61,219 bases of DNA, from positions 1 through 61,219 of the IMG/VR virus record IMGVR_UViG_3300023074_000002; one strand, written 5' to 3'. The notes beneath the pieces are model-generated. The model searched no databases. It saw only the letters and a list, made by a program, of their open reading frames with translations, and had not been told where the DNA came from. Positions 44,947 through 55,089 of this stretch are shown here, piece after piece. This stretch comes from a virus (taxonomy: Duplodnaviria; Caudoviricetes). The position numbers were made by a program, and so were the translations under genes. The first letter of the stretch is position 1. Each line of letters begins with the position of its first letter.

Positions 44947-45488
44947 TTTCTTTTAATTAAAATATAGTTGAAGCCTAAAGAAATAACACTTAAAATAATT
45001 AGGATTATACACCACGTTTTCCACGCCGATTTGGATGCTTCGGACTTTTCAAGTTTCAATTCTAGTGTTCGTAATGCAGCCGTGCTGACTTTTGTAACAG
45101 TAGCCTTATTGTTCACGAAAATGTAAGCCGTGTCACATGGTTTGTAAGACGATTTTAGCCCTATAACCAACCCTTGTAAATCTTTTATTTGGTCTATGTA
45201 TGGTTGTACTTTGGAAGCACATGTATCGTTCGCTGCCAATGGCTTTATCTGCCTCATAGCAATCTTGTAAAGACTGTCTATTATGTTTGTGTAGTCAATA
45301 TTATTTACAGGGATAAGAACGGTATCTGTAACGAATACGGAATCCGTTTTTATTGGATACCATGTGTTGCACTTGTCGGACGCAACAATTTCATATTCGG
45401 ACTTTGCGCGTTCCATTTGTTGGGCAGCCTTTCTGGAAGAATAGCATCCCGAAAGAACAAATAAAAGAATTATTATAGAATACCTCAT
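44943..45488 (-). CDS. Unimolecular-spanin-like lipoprotein
   Basis: Lipobox LSGC plus a C-terminal TM helix, in the lysis cluster. Confidence 0.65.
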   Translation of the reverse strand: MRYSIIILLFVLSGCYSSRKAAQQMERAKSEYEIVASDKCNTWYPIKTDSVFVTDTVLIPVNNIDYTNIIDSLYKIAMRQIKPLAANDTCASKVQPYIDQIKDLQGLVIGLKSSYKPCDTAYIFVNNKATVTKVSTAALRTLELKLEKSEASKSAWKTWCIILIILSVISLGFNYILIKRK

Positions 45489-45733
45489 TTAGCAGAAAGA
45501 TTATCGATACTATCCTTGTATCTTATTTGAATGTCAATTATAGAAATAGTGTCGTTGATGGCCTTGATTTCGCTTCGCATGCTGTCATTTAACCGCTCCG
45601 TTTCTAGCGCATATTCGTTCAATTCAATGGGCGATTGCCCTCCACCTTTAAGAGCCATAAAAGGGCATGCAATAACAAACATTGCGAACAAAGCCCTCGC
45701 CCCGCTACTTATTTTTGATAGAATCTTTTTCAT
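45485..45733 (-). CDS. Membrane-anchored coiled-coil protein
   Basis: One TM plus heptad repeats. Confidence 0.5.
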   Translation of the reverse strand: MKKILSKISSGARALFAMFVIACPFMALKGGGQSPIELNEYALETERLNDSMRSEIKAINDTISIIDIQIRYKDSIDNLSAK

Positions 45734-46022
45734 ATTTGATGTTTAATTCTTTCCGTTTAATATCTATTTCTAGCTTAATATCTCGGTAGAAAACAAGTTG
45801 CTCTTTATCAAACGCCTCCCTAATACTATCTTTTCTATCCTGTTTTATTTGCTTTAGTTCGGCTTGAACCTTATCTTTTTCCTTTATTTTCCCATCTTGT
45901 ACCTGACTGTGCGCCATCCATACTGAAATAGCAATAAAAGGATATTGGGCTAAAAGTCTGAAAAGGCGAACTATAAGCCACGATTCTTCTGGTTTCGGTG
46001 TTTGGTCGGCCATTTCATCCAA
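45705..46022 (-). CDS. Membrane-anchored coiled-coil protein
   Basis: One TM plus charged helix. Confidence 0.5.
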   Translation of the reverse strand: MDEMADQTPKPEESWLIVRLFRLLAQYPFIAISVWMAHSQVQDGKIKEKDKVQAELKQIKQDRKDSIREAFDKEQLVFYRDIKLEIDIKRKELNIKYEKDSIKNK

Positions 46023-46414
46023 TATTGGTTTATTTGGTTCTTAATGTAAATACTGGCTGGTAATACATAGGGTGAAATTAAGTAAATAACACCATAAATA
46101 ACAAATGCCCCAAATATTGAATCATCATAGGAATAATGTTCATCAACAGTCCTTATAAAACTTTTGAAACAGACAATCGAAAACAATCCTATTTGCAATA
46201 TTAAACAAGTACGAATGATTTTAGTTTGAGCCTTAACAAAATATGATAGAAGGGTTGAGATAACAGATAATGAAACAAAGAATTGATTTCTATAAGCGTA
46301 ATCAGAGTATTCAATTTCTCCCTTTGGTACGGGCAAATAAAAGGCATATATAGCAATTGCAGTAGCCGAAACCACTGCAATTGTCATTGTGTTATTTTTA
46401 GTAATTAATTTCAT
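45971..46414 (-). CDS. Four-TM membrane protein
   Basis: Four hydrophobic segments. Confidence 0.55.
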   Translation of the reverse strand: MKLITKNNTMTIAVVSATAIAIYAFYLPVPKGEIEYSDYAYRNQFFVSLSVISTLLSYFVKAQTKIIRTCLILQIGLFSIVCFKSFIRTVDEHYSYDDSIFGAFVIYGVIYLISPYVLPASIYIKNQINQYWMKWPTKHRNQKNRGL

Positions 46415-47025
46415 TTTGGCCTACGGATGGGTACTGCAATATAGGTCGTAGTATCTAATCTAACAAAGGTAACATTTGCAGGCTCCGTATCGTAAACTAT
46501 TTCTTTCGCCGTACTGTTGTGTACGCCGCCCGTTTGTTCTGCGTAATTATCAATAGTTTCAGGCAATCCGTTATGGTCTTTTACTTGATCCGTGTTTGAT
46601 TCGTAAGTGATTACAAATTCTTCCATTGTTTTGTCGTTTTGATTTTTAAGAATATCGTCAACTAATGTAGTATTTTCTTTTATTGCCTTATTTGCTGCCT
46701 TATCTGCCTTACTAAGCCACGCTAAAACCAAAGAAGACCCCGTATACCCAATTAGGATAAATAGCAGCTTTTGAGCCATCCCTAGCTTTGGGTAAAAGCC
46801 AACCAATTCCGAATATGCAACCATACAAATAATGCCTGCCAGCAATGCCCCTACAATCTCCAAACTATCCACACGTAGGAAATCATCAACTATCTTAAAC
46901 GGCTTACCTAAAAGTATGTTTTTCTTTTTAAGTGAGTTGGCTTTTATAACCAAGTGAAAGGTTTGCCCCAAAAGAATGCATCCAAAAAATACCAAGTATT
47001 GCTGAATGGTAAAAGTATGTTCCAT
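46411..47025 (-). CDS. Holin-like protein with a soluble C-terminal extension
   Basis: Three TM helices, IGYTGSSLV motif. Confidence 0.55.
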   Translation of the reverse strand: MEHTFTIQQYLVFFGCILLGQTFHLVIKANSLKKKNILLGKPFKIVDDFLRVDSLEIVGALLAGIICMVAYSELVGFYPKLGMAQKLLFILIGYTGSSLVLAWLSKADKAANKAIKENTTLVDDILKNQNDKTMEEFVITYESNTDQVKDHNGLPETIDNYAEQTGGVHNSTAKEIVYDTEPANVTFVRLDTTTYIAVPIRRPK

Positions 47026-47201
47026 TATTTTTTTATTTCAACGTTATGAAAAATATTAAAGATGATACCTAAACAACCTGTTATATACATTGTTCCGATA
47101 ACTATCCATTTATAACCAAATCCTGAACCGTCAGCCCAATCTAAACCTAAGAACGAAAAAAGAATTAATAGTGTCGATATAATAAAAATAGATTTTCTCA
47201 T
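47025..47201 (-). CDS. Two-TM small protein (58 aa, not in the ORF track)
   Basis: MRKSIFIISTLL..IKK*, TAATG-coupled at both ends. Confidence 0.6.
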   Translation of the reverse strand: MRKSIFIISTLLILFSFLGLDWADGSGFGYKWIVIGTMYITGCLGIIFNIFHNVEIKK

Positions 47202-48784
47202 TACTGAAGTACTATGTATTTAATTCCGTTATTATAAAGCGTGACAGTTTCCCCCACATCTACGTTTAACGTATTAACATCAACCCCTGCCTCCCAAATA
47301 TCGTTACCCCCCGAATCCGTAAAAATATTAATTACCGATGCTGGTGCTGCCATGTTTATAAAAGTAAACTTTGCTCCCGTATTCCCTGCTATTGGCGGCA
47401 ATGTTAGTTCCAACGCCCCTGCGCTTGTGTTAAACGTATAATATCCAGCCTGTACCAAGTCCATAGCCCCTGCAACCGTTTGTGTTACAATTGTGTCAAC
47501 TAATGCAATTACACCAGATCGCGAAGGGACATACAACCTTTCCGAGCCAGTCGTTAGAGATCCATCTAAATAGAAGCCACCCCCGCTATTCGAGTTAATA
47601 GCCAAATCGGCAGCAGACGATAAATTAAGTTGTGTTGATGCTTGGATGTTGGCAGCTCCGCCAGAAGTGATGTTTATGGGATATGCGTCTGAAACGGTCA
47701 TTATGTTTATCCCCTTTGAAGCATAACACCCCTCCGAAAATTCACAATCGCTTATGCTGATTATATTTCCTAGAGTTGTTGCCAATTTTATGTCCGATGC
47801 ATTTTCTATACCAAGGGCATTCCCGTTCACATTGTGCATTCTAGTTGGGATAGAAGCAGGGAATAATAGATCCGAGTTGGCGAAGTTTTCGCTAGAAACA
47901 TAAGCCTCTTTTAATTCCCCGCCATTTGCAGTATCAATTACAATTGTTTTATAAGCACCACCAGACATGTTATTTAGGTTTGGAGCAAATATTCTCCCTC
48001 CAAATAAATATTTGTGCGCGGCGTTCGTACCATAAAAAGCATATGTACTTGTTGCCGCTACGTGCGTCCCTGCACCTTCTAATATCCTAAAGGCATAAGA
48101 CGTATCGATTGTATTTCCCGTAGTTACATTTTCAGGGAATTCTACAGTCATACCGTGCCATTGACCGATATGGCTATTGCCTAGCATTCTTGAAGAGATT
48201 GCCACCCCCTCGGTATAATTTAAGCTAGCATTTAGGAATTGGGGTATACCTTGAAAAGCAGTAACATGGTCTATTCCCGAAACATTCCTAAGTTCAACTC
48301 CACTGTTTACTCCGGCATACCCACTTAAATTCATACCCCCATCTATAATTGTTCTATCACTGAAGCCCCAATAGTCCTGCCCTTCCCTAGTAATTGTTCT
48401 AAATACGTTAACCGCGGCGTAATTATCAATATCATCAGAACTTGCAGTGTCGTTTACAATAATTTGCGCCGTTGTAATTTGATGGGTAGTAAAAGAATCC
48501 GCGCCCGTTACTTGTTGAAATGTCGGCGTTGTGCCAGCACCACCTAATTCAACATACTTTGCGCCATCGAAAAAGTAAAGTTTCCCGTTACTAGATTTTC
48601 TTACCAAATCTGACTTTATGCCAAACCAAGATAGCGTATCCTTTGTAGGAACCTTAATTAAAGAATCCATTACAAGTCCACCACGATTAACAACCTTAGT
48701 AGTTGCCGTCCCTTGATACGTTGTAGATTGCCCAAAAGAAACAAGGGTAGATAAGATTAAGATTGCACTAAGTATTCTTTTCAT
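47201..48784 (-). CDS. Fibre/spike-like beta-rich protein with an N-terminal signal peptide
   Basis: MKRILSAILILSTLVSFG|Q; TPTFQQVT motif; C-terminal LTLPP..G.KFTF.N domain. Confidence 0.6.
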   Translation of the reverse strand: MKRILSAILILSTLVSFGQSTTYQGTATTKVVNRGGLVMDSLIKVPTKDTLSWFGIKSDLVRKSSNGKLYFFDGAKYVELGGAGTTPTFQQVTGADSFTTHQITTAQIIVNDTASSDDIDNYAAVNVFRTITREGQDYWGFSDRTIIDGGMNLSGYAGVNSGVELRNVSGIDHVTAFQGIPQFLNASLNYTEGVAISSRMLGNSHIGQWHGMTVEFPENVTTGNTIDTSYAFRILEGAGTHVAATSTYAFYGTNAAHKYLFGGRIFAPNLNNMSGGAYKTIVIDTANGGELKEAYVSSENFANSDLLFPASIPTRMHNVNGNALGIENASDIKLATTLGNIISISDCEFSEGCYASKGINIMTVSDAYPINITSGGAANIQASTQLNLSSAADLAINSNSGGGFYLDGSLTTGSERLYVPSRSGVIALVDTIVTQTVAGAMDLVQAGYYTFNTSAGALELTLPPIAGNTGAKFTFINMAAPASVINIFTDSGGNDIWEAGVDVNTLNVDVGETVTLYNNGIKYIVLQ

Positions 48785-48794
48785 TGTATGTTGT

Positions 48795-49124
48795 TTAAAT
48801 AGATAACCAAACTGTTACTTTATCCCCTGTTAATAATGTTGTACCGTCTGTAAATGTCAGGGTATCGCTTTCGGTTGTTTCCTTTTCGAATCCCGTATTT
48901 TTCATATTGTCGTTGATGCAAACCGCAGCCACCTCTCTATTTGCCATTAATAGGCTTGTAAAAGAAGTCCCATCGGAGCCAACCGTAATCACAAAACAAT
49001 TGCCTGCATAAGCAAGTAGATAGCTATTAACCTCCCTATGCTTTACAGAGCGTATTTTAACTACTGGATTGTCAGGAAGGTTTGTCAGGTTTAACGCTTC
49101 AACTTGAGCCTTAGATGTCCCCAT
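48795..49124 (-). CDS. Structural protein
   Basis: C-terminal domain shared with the 49124 protein (KNTG..TLTFTDGT). Confidence 0.5.
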   Translation of the reverse strand: MGTSKAQVEALNLTNLPDNPVVKIRSVKHREVNSYLLAYAGNCFVITVGSDGTSFTSLLMANREVAAVCINDNMKNTGFEKETTESDTLTFTDGTTLLTGDKVTVWLSI

Positions 49125-49621
49125 TATTCGAATATTACTGTTAGCACGTTACCAAATGTAGATCCATCAGTTAGTGTTATGGTTGAATTAGCAACGAAGT
49201 ATCCTGTATTTTTGGACAAATCATCTATCATCAACCCCGTTACTACGCGCCCGTTAATCCTATTGTCCGTAGCCTCATCGCTACCAGCCATCGTTGAAAA
49301 TATAATACTGTTTGCCATGTCGAAATCGGGTATTGGTACGTAATCTAAATCAATGCAATAAACTATTTTAACCGCGTATCTCGTTTCGTTTACTAATTCC
49401 GTACCGTTGTAAAAGCCTATTACATGCGTGTAGGTTTCATTGAAAACATTAGGAACTACAATAGGCTGCCCTGCGTAAGCGTTTACTTCTTTCTCGATAA
49501 CAGCCCCGTTAAATTCTCCGCGCATTAAAAGAACGCCAGTAATCGGAGATAACGCAGTAAGGACAATATCCCCACATTGGCAAAATTCCCCTAAACATTC
49601 AATTGGCGTACAAGTTAGCAT
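49124..49621 (-). CDS. Structural protein
   Basis: Two-domain; see paralogues at 44614 and 48795. Confidence 0.5.
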   Translation of the reverse strand: MLTCTPIECLGEFCQCGDIVLTALSPITGVLLMRGEFNGAVIEKEVNAYAGQPIVVPNVFNETYTHVIGFYNGTELVNETRYAVKIVYCIDLDYVPIPDFDMANSIIFSTMAGSDEATDNRINGRVVTGLMIDDLSKNTGYFVANSTITLTDGSTFGNVLTVIFE

Positions 49622-50154
49622 TTACAAGGGTCTATTAAACAAGTATTGGGTATAAACTCGGTATTGAATTGTAACGTTATTCTTACAATGGTTTCTTTCT
49701 TCAATCGCTGCAATGCCTTGCTTACTTCTTCAGGTTCAAATCCTTGCATTTCGGTTATAACCACATTTTCACGTTGCCACATTGCGCCTGTTGGAATTGC
49801 ATTCGCACCTCCAAATAATAAAGCCGTATTCCTTAAATTCTCTATCAATGCGTAACTGTCCGCGTCCCTAACAATGGCAACCAAATAAACGCTTAACCTA
49901 TCATCAAAATTAAACCTACCAATTCCACAATCCGTTAAGCCAGTCTTTGAATTAAATGTTGCGTTCGGGTCACTTCTTAAATAGAAGTAATTTCCATCGT
50001 TATCATTGGGGAATATTGATTTAATACCCTTTTCTGTTTTGGCATATATTCCACTCGTCAAACTATCTTTATAGGCGTTCGCATAACCCGTCTGAAAGCA
50101 TGGATTTTTTAGCTTTATAAAATCCCGTAATTGCTCAAATATTTTTGTAGTCAT
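49615..50154 (-). CDS. Putative tail terminator/neck protein
   Basis: Position in the head-tail joining cluster. Confidence 0.4.
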   Translation of the reverse strand: MTTKIFEQLRDFIKLKNPCFQTGYANAYKDSLTSGIYAKTEKGIKSIFPNDNDGNYFYLRSDPNATFNSKTGLTDCGIGRFNFDDRLSVYLVAIVRDADSYALIENLRNTALLFGGANAIPTGAMWQRENVVITEMQGFEPEEVSKALQRLKKETIVRITLQFNTEFIPNTCLIDPCKC

Positions 50155-50525
50155 TACAGAAAGTTTATAGCCAAATTATTAAGGCATGTAGAAGTAGCTA
50201 TGTAGAACATATAAACAATAATGTTTACCAATATCTGCATTGCCATTCCGTCAACAAAAAACCAAATATCAAGCCCTACATAAGACACCACACAAAACAG
50301 GGCAAATGATAGAAAGGCAACGGCATGAGAAAAACAGTAGCTACATTTTCCACCAGCCTTATACATCAATTCATTCCAAAATCCTGTTTTATGCCCCACC
50401 GCCTCCAATCTATCCTGCCAATTGAATAACTTATCCAACCATTGATCCTGTTGGATGCTGAAATGGAATATCTTGGTAAACGTTGCCGTACCTATTAAGA
50501 AAGCTATAATTAAGAGTATCATCAT
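50154..50525 (-). CDS. DUF1360-like membrane protein with CxxC
   Basis: Three TM helices, GGKCSYCFSH. Confidence 0.5.
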   Translation of the reverse strand: MMILLIIAFLIGTATFTKIFHFSIQQDQWLDKLFNWQDRLEAVGHKTGFWNELMYKAGGKCSYCFSHAVAFLSFALFCVVSYVGLDIWFFVDGMAMQILVNIIVYMFYIATSTCLNNLAINFL

Positions 50526-51085
50526 CTGAATATTTGTAAAACTATTTCTTTTTCTGCGTCAACTATGCTTTTATTAAATTCCGCTAATTCTTCTTGTGTT
50601 CCGCTAAATATCGCCCCGTTGTTTTTATCTTCTTGAGCCTTTCGAATAATGGACGCTTTTTGCCTATCAAAGCCTAACAATATCGCTTCGTCTGTTGTAC
50701 CGATTACGTAGGATAACATTGTGCTGCCTGAATAATTAATCGTGCGCACCTTAGTATCCATCCCCTGCACTTCTTTCAATCCTTTATACCCTGTATCAAT
50801 AAACATTGAACGCCTCGTGTTGCCATTCTTAAATTTGCCTGTTTCACTTTTGCCCTTTGGTTTAAACGAACCTTTCTTTACAAACGCGTCCTTACTGAAA
50901 TAAGCTGGCTTTGTGCTGTAATCGGGCATTACTGAACCCGAACTATCCTTACCCTCTCTTTGTATTCTATTTTTAATCGTGGCAAGTAGCCTATTCGAAG
51001 CCACAAAATATTCACGCTCCCTTATCCTGTTTGCCGTATCGTCGGTCAATTGTGATAATCGTTCGTTATATTGTTGTGGTGTCAT
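50522..51085 (-). CDS. Neck/tail-completion protein
   Basis: RIQREG..G..MPDYS..GY..LK..QG..INYSG. Confidence 0.55.
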   Translation of the reverse strand: MTPQQYNERLSQLTDDTANRIREREYFVASNRLLATIKNRIQREGKDSSGSVMPDYSTKPAYFSKDAFVKKGSFKPKGKSETGKFKNGNTRRSMFIDTGYKGLKEVQGMDTKVRTINYSGSTMLSYVIGTTDEAILLGFDRQKASIIRKAQEDKNNGAIFSGTQEELAEFNKSIVDAEKEIVLQIFR

Positions 51086-51086
51086 T

Positions 51087-52058
51087 TTAAATATTTGTCA
51101 TAACGCGGATACCCTTACAAGGCAGGCACTCGTTATCATTGTATTTTTTTAGAACGTTTGGGAGCGAAGAAACAAATGTATTCCACGTTTCAACATATTC
51201 TTGTTCTAATTCCGATTTAATGGCCCTTGCCTCATCTTCACCGTAAATCACCCAATTGGTAGCGCGGTTTGTGTAAAGTCTTTCGTTCAATAGTCCTATC
51301 CGCGCCTTAGTGTAAATCAATTTACCGATATAGACTTTTGAAAGGTCGCAAAGGATACTTTCATAATCGCATTCACATGTAAAGTCAGCACTCAATCCAA
51401 ACCCTTCTTTTGCACTTATTTCACCGTCACCATTGTACCCTTTAGTATATCCGCAATCATTTGGTAAACGACCGCCGCAACCCGTAAAACATGTTAGCGT
51501 AGAACTTGCAACTGATACGCTTGTATTGTCCAATAAGACACGGGCATAAGAACCTTGCACCACATGGTTTATCTCAATCGTATTAATTAAATTAGCCGTT
51601 AAGTCAACAGGGTATTCATAAACATTCCCGTTATCGTAAATCAAGATATTGGTATCTGCCAAACTATTCAAAGGCAATACGCTTACATTCTTGATAGTCA
51701 ATTTCTTTACCCTGCTTCTTGCTGAAGGTGCTTTGTATAATGTAAAGCCCTTTTCTTTTGCTGAAGTTGGATAGCTTTTTGTTATGTCAAAGTTGCTAGT
51801 TGTGTAGATTGGATTAGCCAAAGCCAGCCCTATACCGTTGCCAGCCAGCACGCCTAAAAAATCATTCTTAATATCTAGTATCGCGTTATCCAATACGTTC
51901 CTTGCCATCGTGTAGCCGTCAATATACTTCTCATTAGCGATGTCAGCTAGGTTAAGAGGCGTTATTTCTGGAGCCTGTGCCAGATTATACCCCGACAAAC
52001 TTTCGGGCGTTATTCCGCACTTATTGGTAAGGGTAACAATATTATCTAAACAGGACAT
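51087..52058 (-). CDS. Head-tail adaptor (putative)
   Basis: Follows the capsid gene; Cys-rich termini. Confidence 0.5.
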   Translation of the reverse strand: MSCLDNIVTLTNKCGITPESLSGYNLAQAPEITPLNLADIANEKYIDGYTMARNVLDNAILDIKNDFLGVLAGNGIGLALANPIYTTSNFDITKSYPTSAKEKGFTLYKAPSARSRVKKLTIKNVSVLPLNSLADTNILIYDNGNVYEYPVDLTANLINTIEINHVVQGSYARVLLDNTSVSVASSTLTCFTGCGGRLPNDCGYTKGYNGDGEISAKEGFGLSADFTCECDYESILCDLSKVYIGKLIYTKARIGLLNERLYTNRATNWVIYGEDEARAIKSELEQEYVETWNTFVSSLPNVLKKYNDNECLPCKGIRVMTNI

Positions 52059-52070
52059 AAGGTAAGGTAA

Positions 52071-52096
52071 AAAGCCCCACCGAAAGATGGGGCTTT
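52071..52096 (-). terminator. Terminator after the major capsid gene
   Basis: AAAGCCCCA/TGGGGCTTT. Confidence 0.7.
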
Positions 52097-52109
52097 AAGT
52101 TTAAAATGA

Positions 52110-53441
52110 TTAGGTAGTTGCCGCTTCAAATTCGATAACAATTGTACCGTCATTTGCAGTACCTGAAATCGGGTTGTAGCCTGTGTACACTATATCGGAA
52201 CCAGATACAGTAAAGTTATAACCGTCCATAGCGGCAGTCAACGCGGCTGCATATTGAGCGATATTAGCAACTGTTACTTTTGGCTCACTTGATTGACCGC
52301 CTAAAGTCAAGTCGCCTATGTACTTAGGATAAGTACCAGTTGGCGTGAACTCGAACACACTAGGCGTTACAATAACAGGCTCTTCTGGTGTAGGACAAAC
52401 TGTTTCAGCAGGCAAACAAGTCGTGAAATGGAATATACCATTAACGCAATCAATGTTACAAACATAGTCAGGAAGGAAGAAAATATCCCACTCTAAACGT
52501 AGTTGTAAAATCCAATGTTCTTCGTCACAATCTTGGAAACGAATATCCAAATCCCACATCAAACCAGTAACGGGATCAATGAAAGTACCTTTGATTTTAC
52601 CGTTCTTTGATTCTTTGAATTGGCGATCCATATCCTCCAAACGATTCCAGTCTGTTGCAAACATACCAGCGTTACGGCTGAATGTTACGAACTTCAACAT
52701 TTGAGGATCGAAAGCGATAATATGTCCTGTGGTAGGATCGGCAAAAGTAGAATCTATAACCTTGTCATAGAACATGTTTGTATCAGTCATTCTGCCAGTT
52801 TCTTGACCGAAGCTGTTTAAACCACCGTTGCCGATTGCTTTTTTCCAAAGGAAAAGATCTGTGCCACCAATAACATAAGGGTTGCTCATACCTGCATCTT
52901 CAAATGTTTGCTCGATTGTCCATAAACCTAGTGGACGAACCGCGCCATTAGCAGGGTCTGTTAATTGCAATGCTTTTGTTTCTGCGCCGTTTGGTTGGCA
53001 GCCAGCGTTTGCTACCAATAGAGCAGATACATCTGATGCAAGACCTTTACGCACACCTCCAATCATGGAGTAGATTTGCGCTAAAGCGTGGTCACTAAAC
53101 GAAAGGTCATCATCTGTAAGACGGATGTCATCTACGTTCAAACGGAAAGGGATAGATGCGGTACATCTATTCACTCCGAATATTTGTTGTTTTGGCTCCA
53201 ATACTCTGCCAGTATCACAAACATTGTCTTCACAAGAACCTTCCGCATCACAAACTACAGGATAGTAGTTCATTTTGAATTGGCGTTTTTTACCTGCGCT
53301 ATATTGCAAGTCGGACTCTGTGATTGTATTGTTTTCGGCACGCGCAGCCATTAGCGCGTTAATTATTTTGTCGCGGGTATCGTTTTTAGTACGATTGTAC
53401 AGACTTCTTTGAATCTGTTGATTTGCACCTTGAAATGCCAT
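52110..53441 (-). CDS. Major capsid protein (with a C-terminal extra domain)
   Basis: 443 aa between scaffold and terminator; structured leader. Confidence 0.75.
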   Translation of the reverse strand: MAFQGANQQIQRSLYNRTKNDTRDKIINALMAARAENNTITESDLQYSAGKKRQFKMNYYPVVCDAEGSCEDNVCDTGRVLEPKQQIFGVNRCTASIPFRLNVDDIRLTDDDLSFSDHALAQIYSMIGGVRKGLASDVSALLVANAGCQPNGAETKALQLTDPANGAVRPLGLWTIEQTFEDAGMSNPYVIGGTDLFLWKKAIGNGGLNSFGQETGRMTDTNMFYDKVIDSTFADPTTGHIIAFDPQMLKFVTFSRNAGMFATDWNRLEDMDRQFKESKNGKIKGTFIDPVTGLMWDLDIRFQDCDEEHWILQLRLEWDIFFLPDYVCNIDCVNGIFHFTTCLPAETVCPTPEEPVIVTPSVFEFTPTGTYPKYIGDLTLGGQSSEPKVTVANIAQYAAALTAAMDGYNFTVSGSDIVYTGYNPISGTANDGTIVIEFEAATT

Positions 53442-53562
53442 TGCCTTTAAGATTTAAGTTATTAAAAATATAAATCACCGTCTTAGAGGCACGGTAGAAG
53501 ATAAGCCTGAATAGATGTTTCTGAAAGGGTTCGCACCCTTGATATTTAAAATAAAACAGACA

Positions 53563-54393
53563 CTAATCGGTAAACGTCTTTTCTAAGAAAGCAAGAACGT
53601 TATTTTCTTGAGGCACTTTGTGAACCCCTGCATTTACGTTTGTTTTGCCTTGCTCAACCTTAGAAGGGGGGTCGTTACGCGTGTCTGATTTGTACAAGCC
53701 AGCTTCTTTAAGATATTTTTCAGCATAGTATTTATCTGTAACTAAATTTTTGCCTTCAAACACTCTTTTCTCTGGATTGCTTTTCTCGTATAACTCAACT
53801 TCTTTTGTTTCTGGATTGTACTTTAACGTGTGGTTTGATTTCAATTCGGCAGCGATCATTTGCGCTTGCTTATTTGAAAGTCCACCAACACGCGGCATTG
53901 ATTCTACTAAAGACGAAAGGCGTTCGTTAATATCTCTATCTTCGTACTTTTGCCTCCATTCGTTATGAACCGCGTCTTTGTCGGCTAACATCTTTTCGCG
54001 CTCAATCTCCCATTCTTTTTCGCGTTCTGTCAATATCTTAACCGTGTCGTTGTCCGCGTTTTCTTTGTTGGAAGTAACTGTTGTTTTTGACAACTCAATC
54101 ATTTCCGCCATTGTAAGCCCTTCCAAAGTCTTTTCGTCAACTCCGAAAGTACGTTTTAAGATACGGCGCAAAGAACCCAATTGCTTTCCAGCTTCTTCGC
54201 TACGGGCTGATGTTTTCAACTCAAGCTCAACGTCATGTTTAATCTTGGTTTCCATTTCATTAAAAACCGCCTTAGACATGTTTTCAAGGTCTGGAGCTTT
54301 GTCGGCTTCCGATTCATCCGCAACTACGACAGCCGCTACTCCGATTTTGGCTAATAATTCTGTTGCCTGACTTGGTGATAGATTGATACTCAT
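53563..54393 (-). CDS. Capsid scaffolding protein
   Basis: Charged coiled coil directly upstream of the MCP gene. Confidence 0.65.
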   Translation of the reverse strand: MSINLSPSQATELLAKIGVAAVVVADESEADKAPDLENMSKAVFNEMETKIKHDVELELKTSARSEEAGKQLGSLRRILKRTFGVDEKTLEGLTMAEMIELSKTTVTSNKENADNDTVKILTEREKEWEIEREKMLADKDAVHNEWRQKYEDRDINERLSSLVESMPRVGGLSNKQAQMIAAELKSNHTLKYNPETKEVELYEKSNPEKRVFEGKNLVTDKYYAEKYLKEAGLYKSDTRNDPPSKVEQGKTNVNAGVHKVPQENNVLAFLEKTFTD

Positions 54394-54396
54394 ATA

Positions 54397-54675
54397 CTAT
54401 ATCGCTTTTTTTTTGACTTTAAACTTACTCGTATCGCTGAATGCTTTGTTGTATGTTTTGGAAGTAACATTGAAATCCTGCCCCTTTTCATTACCTTCTG
54501 CATCAATGGCTACTATTTTGTACATCCCGCCGCCTGTTTTTGGTGCTACTTTAGGCTGTGCTTTGCTACTATGCTTTGCTGTTGGGCTTACTTTAGGTTC
54601 ACCAGCTTTCTTGCTTACCTTTTCAGGTTCGGCTTGCTTTGTCACCTTAACGTCAATGTTCATTTCGTTTCCCAT
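54397..54675 (-). CDS. Lys/Pro-rich hypothetical protein
   Basis: 92 aa, coupled. Confidence 0.55.
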   Translation of the reverse strand: MGNEMNIDVKVTKQAEPEKVSKKAGEPKVSPTAKHSSKAQPKVAPKTGGGMYKIVAIDAEGNEKGQDFNVTSKTYNKAFSDTSKFKVKKKAI

Positions 54676-55067
54676 TATACTATTGCGTATTCGTTTGGAT
54701 TTTTAATAAGACGTGCTGCGAAGCTAGCTTTCATTGTTGTTACCTTTCCTGTTCGCCTGTTAAGAACATTCACTTTGTCGTGTCCTGCCGCTACTTTTTG
54801 CGCCTTGTATTGTTCGGGCGCGGTGTGCTTTACTTTTGACTTTTCATCTACAGCGCGAACATTAGGTTTAACCACTTCGCTATCTTGCTTCACTTTGGAT
54901 TCTTGTTTTGGCGCGTCAACTTTTACAGTATTCGCGTTCGCTTCAATCTCCAATAACCTATTGTATGCCTTTTCGCTCAACCCTAACTCCAATAATTCAT
55001 AAGGGCTTTTACCCTCGTTATCGGTAATTATCTTTTGATCTCTTGGCGCGAATTTTTGGGTATCCAT
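54675..55067 (-). CDS. Hypothetical protein
   Basis: 130 aa, first gene of the head operon. Confidence 0.6.
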   Translation of the reverse strand: MDTQKFAPRDQKIITDNEGKSPYELLELGLSEKAYNRLLEIEANANTVKVDAPKQESKVKQDSEVVKPNVRAVDEKSKVKHTAPEQYKAQKVAAGHDKVNVLNRRTGKVTTMKASFAARLIKNPNEYAIV

Positions 55068-55089
55068 TATGTGCTAATAATTTGTATTG

